From a virus (taxonomy: Duplodnaviria; Caudoviricetes): a stretch of 53,098 nucleotides of DNA. The first letter of the stretch is position 1; every line of letters begins with the position of its first letter. Below the pieces are notes generated by a model. The model was not told the DNA's origin, searched no databases, and saw nothing but the letters and a program-made list of their open reading frames with translations. Position numbers and translations under genes: made by a program. Below, in pieces: positions 46,643 through 53,098 of the stretch. The stretch lies in the IMG/VR virus record IMGVR_UViG_3300025637_000017, positions 1-53,098 of that record. One strand, written 5' to 3'.

Positions 46643-48698
46643 TATGTACCCTCCTATAAGGTCGCGCCTTCACACTTCGCCTAACTCCAGCGGAGACTAC
46701 GTTACTATTTTTTTCCATGTCCGCCGCCCATAAGGGAGGTCTGTTCCACGAAATACTGTGTCCGCCGAGTTGGTGCCAAGCGGCTAGTGCATAAACGAAT
46801 AAATCCAGTGATTCATTTGCCTTGCCTCTTATCTGTACCCAACCCTTCGCTTCTCGAATCTCCGCGTTAAGCAGCTCTTCGTAGTGTCTGTCTTTGAAAT
46901 ACTTGGGGAACTGTACGAACCCCCAACCATCGAAATCTCTGTCCAACTGACCAGCAATGTCGTCCTTAAAACGATCCGTATTGATCATCAGAACTGGCAC
47001 ATCGCCCTTACTGGAAACGTTCCTCTGTCCAGTTTGCTTTCGGGAATCAGGCCAGCTTAGAATTACCTTGTCCTGATTCTCTTTAATATTCTTCTTAACG
47101 CTGTCCCCGCCCATACCTCTGACCAGAAAACACTTTCTTTTCAAGGACATAGGGAGCTTTCTGTACCAGCTAAGAGCGTTATCATAAACACCCGCTTCGC
47201 CGCCACAATCCACAACTAGGAAGTGATTCATCAACTCCTTGCCGTCCTTAAGTTTATAAGTAGCGTTGATCTTTGCGTCTAGCAGGGACCAATCCTCTTC
47301 GTAAACCGCGGGCTGTATTCTGTCCGTCTTGCCTTCTCGATCGGTCTCGGTCAGGGTGTACCTATCAAGGTACCACGCCCTGTTTTCTGTTCCCATCCCG
47401 AACATACCAAACTCGAATCTAGATCCCTTACCACCCTGTACATCGACAGCTGTGATCAGGGTCCTAACTCCGTCTGGAACAGTGAACCTCTCTATATCCA
47501 AGGCACGTTCCTTAAGCAGCGCGAAATCCGTAGATTGTGATCTTCTAGATTTCGGTACATAAGGGTGAACGAACTCTTGGTTGTAAACGTTCTTAAGCGA
47601 GTCTTCGTCGCCCGTTCTTTCGTACTGATCCTCTGCTCTGGCGTAGGTTAACCCTATGTCAAACCAGCTATTAAAACTTGCGAACCATCCAGCGCACCAG
47701 AAGCTTGCTCTCTTAGAGACTCTTCCTTCTCCGTGCTTAACACCCTCCGAATCAATCGTCTGCCCTTCCTTTAACCAAGTTCCTGTTAAACGAAAAGCCT
47801 TCTCTTGGTCACGGGTTATGTGTTCTCCGCACAACGCGCATATCAAAGCTATTCCTGCCGCACGCTCCTCTACTGATTCATGAGGGGGTAAGTACATCGA
47901 CTCATCTGGATCAGGGCTCGGTCTAAAGTACTCCTCGCAATGAGGGCACTTAGCGTAAACCATTCTACGGTCTCCCGTATTGTACAAACCAAGGATACCC
48001 TTGGTTGGTGGTGCCTCGTGAGGTCTATCCTCGGAGGGCTTCCATGTAGGATCATCAACCTCCTTAGAAGGCGTGCTCTCTACTGCGCACATGGCTTTAC
48101 TCATGTACGTGGTCGTACGTTTCTGCATCTGATCGAAACCAGATCCTTCTCCGCCGATATCATCAGGCCACCGATCGTAATCGGTTCCTAGCATAAAGCC
48201 AATAGGCTTGCCCGCTAGCTGATTCTTACTGGGCCAACCAACGTTAAGTAGCTGCCCCGTCTTAAACTTCTTCCGCCATGTTGTATCTGCTGATCTACCA
48301 GCAAGTAACAGGCTCTTTAATTTGTCGGAGTTTGCAATCATCCGATCAAGGCGCCTTACAGAGAAATCCCCTGCGGAAGCCATATCTTTTTCAATGATCA
48401 TCGCATCCATTGGATCCGCTATGATCTTGTGTGCGGCTCCATTAAGGATCACCGATTGAGTCTTACCGTTCTGTACACCCGCCGCTAGAATCACGCTATC
48501 GTAAAACCTAGAGGTCAAGGCGTCCGCTGGTTCCCTCATCAAGGGAGCTAGTCTAGAATTGTAATAACCTGTGTACGCCTCATCCTTAAGATAAACGTAC
48601 TCTTCAGCACACTCTGTAACTGTTAATCTCTTCGGAGGACGTATTACGTCGACCGTTCTGGCTAGGGTTGCCCTAGCTGTGGCGAAGCTATTAATCAC
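46629..48698 (-). CDS. terL: Terminase large subunit (lambda gpA family)
   Basis: VQNGKT Walker A, STP, GDRR...CPHC, C..CG, AVDVQ, NE.LD..VYA; GTG start with GGAGG RBS. Confidence 0.93.
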   Translation of the reverse strand: MINSFATARATLARTVDVIRPPKRLTVTECAEEYVYLKDEAYTGYYNSRLAPLMREPADALTSRFYDSVILAAGVQNGKTQSVILNGAAHKIIADPMDAMIIEKDMASAGDFSVRRLDRMIANSDKLKSLLLAGRSADTTWRKKFKTGQLLNVGWPSKNQLAGKPIGFMLGTDYDRWPDDIGGEGSGFDQMQKRTTTYMSKAMCAVESTPSKEVDDPTWKPSEDRPHEAPPTKGILGLYNTGDRRMVYAKCPHCEEYFRPSPDPDESMYLPPHESVEERAAGIALICALCGEHITRDQEKAFRLTGTWLKEGQTIDSEGVKHGEGRVSKRASFWCAGWFASFNSWFDIGLTYARAEDQYERTGDEDSLKNVYNQEFVHPYVPKSRRSQSTDFALLKERALDIERFTVPDGVRTLITAVDVQGGKGSRFEFGMFGMGTENRAWYLDRYTLTETDREGKTDRIQPAVYEEDWSLLDAKINATYKLKDGKELMNHFLVVDCGGEAGVYDNALSWYRKLPMSLKRKCFLVRGMGGDSVKKNIKENQDKVILSWPDSRKQTGQRNVSSKGDVPVLMINTDRFKDDIAGQLDRDFDGWGFVQFPKYFKDRHYEELLNAEIREAKGWVQIRGKANESLDLFVYALAAWHQLGGHSISWNRPPLWAADMEKNSNVVSAGVRRSVKARPYRRVHNAGR

Positions 48699-49206
48699 CC
48701 TGAACTTCCTCCGACACTTCCTCCCCATCGGGATCAAGGAAGTGCTGAAGGTTATGTGCCAAAGATTGTCTTGCGTCATCTACCGATGCAAGGAACACCT
48801 TTAACTGATCAGGCTGTAACCCAACCTCATGCTCTACTCTGTCTGGAAGCGTATCTAGTGCGAACACTAACATCTTAAATGCTTCCGCTACTACGTCCCG
48901 TACTTCTTCCGCGGGTATCAATTCCCCGCAATGCTTCTCGTACGCGAGGCGCTTGTTCTCTGCGTCGTACCAATCCTTACGGTCCTTAGGATCCATCTTA
49001 TCTGGATCATTCTCTATTCCCCCAGCGTCTGCTCCCTTGACCTTCCAAGAGGGCATAACGGATAGTGCTATAGCGACTGTCTTAAACGAGTACTCTTCCC
49101 GCTTCGCAGACTTTTTGTCTGGAGCGTATCCTACAAGATACTTGATTAATGTTCGTCTATCTACTCCAGTTAGCTGGGCTAACCTGTTGACTGAAAAAGT
49201 TTCCAT
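48691..49206 (-). CDS. terS: Terminase small subunit (Nu1-like)
   Basis: N-terminal HTH; DP.KM.PK.RKDWY.AE; G.LIPA.EV. Confidence 0.85.
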   Translation of the reverse strand: METFSVNRLAQLTGVDRRTLIKYLVGYAPDKKSAKREEYSFKTVAIALSVMPSWKVKGADAGGIENDPDKMDPKDRKDWYDAENKRLAYEKHCGELIPAEEVRDVVAEAFKMLVFALDTLPDRVEHEVGLQPDQLKVFLASVDDARQSLAHNLQHFLDPDGEEVSEEVQGD

Positions 49207-49226
49207 ACATGACCGTGTGTTGGATG

Positions 49227-49610
49227 TTACGCTGCTCCCTGACTTACGCTAACAATGTAAGTCCATGTCTTATCAAAAGTATCAGCGCTGTCTGTTCCGT
49301 CTGCTTCGACGTACGGACCAACTACTCTCACATCAATTAAAACACTGGGTTCTGCGGGGACCTCCGTGGTGTCCACGGCAGGTAGGTTTAGATCGATGAC
49401 CGATATATCCCAGTCATCCTCCCGATTAGCGTTCTTAGTTAATGTGCGCCAGTCGGTGTAAGCTAGCGTGCCAACGGTAGCTCTAATGCGAGCAGTGACT
49501 ACTGCGTTATCGCTTATCTTAAACTGCTCCCCTTTAACTAGGAGTCCTGTCAAGACCACCCTTTTTTGGTAGGGTTGTCCTGTAACTAGTTTATCCAAGC
49601 TGTATTGCAT
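49227..49610 (-). CDS. Hypothetical beta-rich protein, first gene of the late operon
   Basis: I.L.L.A.DT......DV.V pattern like Ig-fold virion domains. Confidence 0.6.
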   Translation of the reverse strand: MQYSLDKLVTGQPYQKRVVLTGLLVKGEQFKISDNAVVTARIRATVGTLAYTDWRTLTKNANREDDWDISVIDLNLPAVDTTEVPAEPSVLIDVRVVGPYVEADGTDSADTFDKTWTYIVSVSQGAA

Positions 49611-49631
49611 AATCAGTGCCCTTGTGGTGTA

Positions 49632-49777
49632 AGGTGGTAACGAGACAAGTCATCAAGCATAAGGCCCATAGCCTTGGCAATCCATTACCTCGGGTTATTC
49701 CATTAAAGGCGCAGAGCCTTGGCAATCCGTTCCCTCGGGTTAGACCTTTCTATTCTTGGCAGTGTCTGTTACCACCT
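49632..49777. ncRNA. Candidate structured late-leader element with duplicated double hairpin
   Basis: Closing stem AGGTGGTAAC/GTTACCACCT; two 37-nt repeats differing only in loops. Confidence 0.45.
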
Positions 49778-49816
49778 AACTTGTGCGCGGTACCCCGCTT
49801 TATTTGTTCTTCCCCC

Positions 49817-49853
49817 AGAAACAGAAAACCCCCGCTGCGCGAACAACGAGGGT
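49817..49853 (-). terminator. Late-leader terminator (tR'-like)
   Basis: CCTCGTTG/CAGCGGGG stem then TTTTCTGTTT on the minus strand. Confidence 0.7.
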
Positions 49854-49983
49854 GCCTGTACAAGGAGGAGTCATATGAAAGAGCCCATTATGAGCGGGCT
49901 TTGGTAGGAATACCCGTATATATGTGGGTATTCCTTCATAGAACCATATTAGAGCACGGTTTGTTACTCGATGCAAGTGATTG

Positions 49984-50011
49984 ATTATAAAAGGTTTATG
50001 TTTTTGTACAA
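49984..50011 (-). promoter_or_regulatory. Late promoter TTGTAC-N16-TATAAT (pR'-like)
   Basis: Consensus -10; overlapping IHF-consensus AATCAATCACTTG. Confidence 0.6.
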
Positions 50012-50020
50012 TTTATTTCT

Positions 50021-50100
50021 AGGTCCATGGCGGACCGCGGGTTCTCGGGAACTGGCGTGCCTGCTGATTTCTAGGTGGGCTGTAAATCCTTGATTCATAA
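50021..50100. other. Candidate cos region
   Basis: GGCGGACCGCGGGTTCTCG resembles lambda cosN and flank; IHF consensus at 50083..50095; gpA-type terminase. Confidence 0.35.
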
Positions 50101-50274
50101 GGGCTTTTGAGGTGGTACCATGAGAGCGCCAAAAATATTGAGAGATCGAGCTCAATCTGCGCCCACGATCGAAAAAAAATTTTCAGGGTCCCCGTGCTTG
50201 ACATATGTCCATTATTTCTTTTTTTCCATTTCGCGGGCCGTTTTGGTCCAATTACGGACCCGTAAATTTTAGGC

Positions 50275-50300
50275 AAAAAAAACCGCCCAATTTGGGCGGT
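50275..50300 (-). terminator. Rho-independent terminator of the AT-rich operon
   Basis: ACCGCCCA/TGGGCGGT stem plus T-run on the minus strand. Confidence 0.8.
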
Positions 50301-50326
50301 ATAGGTTAAAACATTTTAGGGCTTGG

Positions 50327-50452
50327 TTATTCCTTTGGGCGCATTCCTAGCAATGCGAGCAAAACCCAAATAAATATCAATAGTATGCTCTCAATTATTC
50401 CGATGGGTTTGCTGTGCTCTGAGCTTATCGCGTCCTTATATTGGCGCGTCAT
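50327..50452 (-). CDS. Small membrane peptide (41 aa, not in ORF track)
   Basis: ATGA-coupled to upstream gene; one TM. Confidence 0.4.
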   Translation of the reverse strand: MTRQYKDAISSEHSKPIGIIESILLIFIWVLLALLGMRPKE

Positions 50453-51060
50453 AATTTCCAGCCTTCACGAACGACTAGCCAAATCACGGCCTGTAATTCA
50501 AAACCCGCAATACAGATTTGATGCGCAAGTTCTGCGGTGATACGCTCTACACGTCTGTATTGCTTAGCTGTGGGCGATTCAACTACTGCGCGGTGCTTGC
50601 CATTGTGCGCGATAGTACATGCGCGCATATGCCACCTATCAACCGTTACATGGTCGCGTGATAGTTTAGCGATGTTCATTGCAAAACTGTGTGTTTTAGG
50701 TGATACGCTTAAAAGCTGGGCTTGCTCGTTTAGTATTTTAATAGCTTTAGTTTTGTTTTGTCCATAAGTGCAAACGGTTACCGCGTGCGGGTCATTGCCT
50801 TTTGTGTACGCTTCGATAATATTAAACGCGTCTATCTTATTGCGCGACCATTTGACGCTAGGGCTTAAACACGAGACCACACAGGCCGCCACATAAGGCT
50901 CTATTTTGAATTGCTTGGCTAGAGTTTGCGTGAATGCTTGCGCCTCGCTGTACCAACTTATTCCGCGGTTTATTTGGTCATCACTTGCTGCATTGTACCA
51001 CGACAAAAGGCGGTTTTTTATTTGTCTATCACTTAGGTCTACTATTGATAATTTATGCAT
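50449..51060 (-). CDS. DUF7178-like phage early protein (possible glycosylase-like fold)
   Basis: G..WY..A, VV..LSP...W..N, PKT..F..NI, VTVDRW. Confidence 0.6.
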   Translation of the reverse strand: MHKLSIVDLSDRQIKNRLLSWYNAASDDQINRGISWYSEAQAFTQTLAKQFKIEPYVAACVVSCLSPSVKWSRNKIDAFNIIEAYTKGNDPHAVTVCTYGQNKTKAIKILNEQAQLLSVSPKTHSFAMNIAKLSRDHVTVDRWHMRACTIAHNGKHRAVVESPTAKQYRRVERITAELAHQICIAGFELQAVIWLVVREGWKL

Positions 51061-51238
51061 AACTATATCCCTCAGCTAATAACTCGCGCTCACGTTTTAA
51101 AAAAAGTTTTTTATTGCTAAATAATGCGACATCAAAAAATGGTGAGCCGTCGCCGTGTGTTTTTTCGCCGTCATGATAACTAAGTAAGTACTTACATTTA
51201 CCTACGTTGTAATTTTTTCTGTACGTTTTTTTGCTCAT
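51053..51238 (-). CDS. Conserved hypothetical protein
   Basis: NVGK.KY..SYHDG.KTH.DGSPFFD...F.NK. Confidence 0.75.
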   Translation of the reverse strand: MSKKTYRKNYNVGKCKYLLSYHDGEKTHGDGSPFFDVALFSNKKLFLKRERELLAEGYSYA

Positions 51239-51690
51239 TTTGCTCCCCCAATTGTCAAAAAATAATCACTATTGAAAACAAGTTTTTCGCCGGTGAATAA
51301 TGGCGAGTATACTAATGCGCTTAATCCGTCATCGTACTGCAATGCTATACACTCTTGATCTAATGCGAGCGTTAATAACGTTATTTTGCTTTGGGTTGTA
51401 AGCATGTCTTTTTTGACGTGCGCGCGCAGTATCAATGTACGCTCCAGTTCACCATTATAAATGCCTTCCTCTATTCGCGACGCACTATAAAAGGAATCTA
51501 ACAATACATTAGTCAAATAAATAATATCTGCATAGTCTAGTGGGTTATTCTCTAGCCCAATATTTAGTGTTATGTATTGGCCTTTGTTTTCGCGCTCTTG
51601 ATTTGCGCGCGCTATTGCTAGTCGTGCGCTTTTAGCTTGATAATCTGAGCGCGCTGCGATGTTACCGTTATAAGTTTTTAGTTCTGACAT
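51235..51690 (-). CDS. Putative SAM lyase (SAMase)-like protein
   Basis: G.Y.G..E.T ... L.QECIA pattern resembles phage SAM lyases; size and operon context. Confidence 0.45.
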   Translation of the reverse strand: MSELKTYNGNIAARSDYQAKSARLAIARANQERENKGQYITLNIGLENNPLDYADIIYLTNVLLDSFYSASRIEEGIYNGELERTLILRAHVKKDMLTTQSKITLLTLALDQECIALQYDDGLSALVYSPLFTGEKLVFNSDYFLTIGGAK

Positions 51691-51740
51691 TTTTATTTAC
51701 CTTTAAGTTATTAGTTGGTTTTATTTGTTTTAGTTTTAGT

Positions 51741-51992
51741 TTATGTATGGATAATAATTATCTGAGTATTTACGTTATGCATGATTTCCCCATCAGATAA
51801 CCCTAGCGTGTGCTCTATTAGGTCGCCACTTGTTTCACCCTCGTCGACTCCCTCAAGATAATCTTGAACCATAATTACTATGGTGGGGTCATCTCCATTG
51901 CTGTAATGCCTAATACAACTAGATATTTTATCTATATTCTGGCGAGTGGTCGCGTAATAAACAATAGCAGCTCCTTTTTGATAATTATTCAT
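51741..51992 (-). CDS. Hypothetical protein
   Basis: Start reassigned to MNNYQ. Confidence 0.55.
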   Translation of the reverse strand: MNNYQKGAAIVYYATTRQNIDKISSCIRHYSNGDDPTIVIMVQDYLEGVDEGETSGDLIEHTLGLSDGEIMHNVNTQIIIIHT

Positions 51993-51993
51993 T

Positions 51994-52131
51994 TTATTTC
52001 CCCGTGAATATGTCAATTGATTTTTGGGCAAGTTCTAAACTGTTTATATTACGCTCGATTAAACAAGCGCCAATATATATAGAATAATAACTGCCGTTTT
52101 TCTGGATTGTATAACCTTTATAATTTCTCAT
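51994..52131 (-). CDS. Hypothetical protein (45 aa, not in ORF track)
   Basis: AAGGT leader motif; YKGYTI...A.KSID. Confidence 0.55.
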   Translation of the reverse strand: MRNYKGYTIQKNGSYYSIYIGACLIERNINSLELAQKSIDIFTGK

Positions 52132-52184
52132 TTTGTTTTACCTTTTAAGTTATAGCACCCAAATTTGGGTGCTTGGTTATTGTT

Positions 52185-52454
52185 TTAAAGTCTATCTAAT
52201 TCAAATCCGCAAAGGACTCTATCATCTATTAAATGCGGTTTATATTCACCGTCATCCGCTATCATGTCATCTAGGTCAAAAAATGTAGTATTAAAATAGA
52301 CACCATTAATTCGACCATAAACACATGCGCTGTCTCCAAGCTGGGGATGCTCAAAAAATTCTATATATTGGCCTAGTTTGTTTGTAGTCGTGAAGGGAAA
52401 AGGTTTCTCTAAATCAAATAATTTGATTAATTTTGAATTGGTCACAATGTTCAT
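52185..52454 (-). CDS. Hypothetical protein
   Basis: AAGGT leader motif; EF.EHP.LGD. Confidence 0.7.
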   Translation of the reverse strand: MNIVTNSKLIKLFDLEKPFPFTTTNKLGQYIEFFEHPQLGDSACVYGRINGVYFNTTFFDLDDMIADDGEYKPHLIDDRVLCGFELDRL

Positions 52455-52471
52455 TTTGTTTTACCTTTTAA

Positions 52472-52696
<225 letters not shown>

Positions 52697-52739
52697 TTAG
52701 AAACCTTTAAGTTATTGGATTAATTTAGTACTGAATTAC

Positions 52740-52779
52740 ATAATACACGAAAAACAGTATTAGTAAACTATTATTTTAC
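52740..52779 (-). promoter_or_regulatory. Promoter TTTACT-N16-TATTAT with GTAAA-N7-TTTAC palindrome
   Basis: Spacer CTGTTTT(T)CGTG shared with the 5230 promoter. Confidence 0.7.
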
Positions 52780-52932
52780 TTTATTTTCGCGGATTAAAAG
52801 AGCGGGCACGCGTATAAAATAATTTTACTTTATTGTCAATGGAAAATATAGCGAAAGTGAGATCTATTTTTAGCAATACCTATGCCACACTAAAGTAAAA
52901 TAACAGCTTACACGGGCACTCAGGCGGTTCTA

Positions 52933-53098
52933 GCTATTTTCAGCGATTGTCAAGCTATTTTTGCCATTATTTCGCTTTATTTTATACTGTATATACGTAC
53001 AGTATCGGACCATTCACCAAACTTATGTCCGCCATTCACTAAATGAATCATGGGCGATCGGGTACTATTCACCAAATCAATGACAAAGCCCACCCCCA
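52933..53098. repeat. Terminal direct repeat, right copy
   Basis: Matches 1..167 with 2 differences. Confidence 0.9.

Noticed and set aside
34679-48191. Plus-strand ORFs opposite the structural genes
   Set aside because: Antisense shadows of well-supported minus-strand genes
49946-49976. Alternative late promoter TTGCAT-N19-TAATAT
   Set aside because: Spacer too long; a better promoter lies at 49984..50011
49616-50276. ORFs 49616..49984, 49719..49907 and 50019..50276
   Set aside because: Overlap promoter, terminator, repeats and the cos-like region; no protein-like motifs

Overview
The window looks like a complete ~52.9 kb tailed-phage (siphovirus) genome; the first 167 bp recur almost exactly at the end. 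All family calls come from reading the translations by eye, with no database searches. Layout: (1) a short minus-strand block with a DUF5664 dNTP diphosphohydrolase and a Q-like antiterminator; (2) an origin-like non-coding region with GTAC repeats and IHF sites; (3) about 40 small plus-strand accessory genes under a family of sigma70-like promoters; (4) a replication block (primase-polymerase/helicase, Mom-like GNAT, SNF2 helicase, SSB-like protein, family A polymerase, VRR-NUC-like nuclease); (5) a ~25 kb minus-strand late operon with a lambda-type head, a long tail, a lysis cassette, a membrane-anchored nucleoside-hydrolase-fold protein and a T5 A1-like phosphoesterase; (6) a cos-like region and an AT-rich minus-strand operon with a SAM-lyase-like gene. 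I saw no integrase, repressor, partition gene, tRNA or CRISPR array. The E. coli-type LexA box, IHF sites and spanins suggest a gamma- or beta-proteobacterial host. Most notable: a near-consensus LexA box on a promoter facing a phased repeat array; seven promoters that all have 16-bp spacers, several overlapped by a GTAAA-N7-TTTAC palindrome; a duplicated double-hairpin element in the late leader; two candidate pseudoknots; a Mom-like gene bracketed by 14-bp direct repeats; apparent CCGG/CCWGG depletion; and the nucleoside-hydrolase/A1 gene pair.
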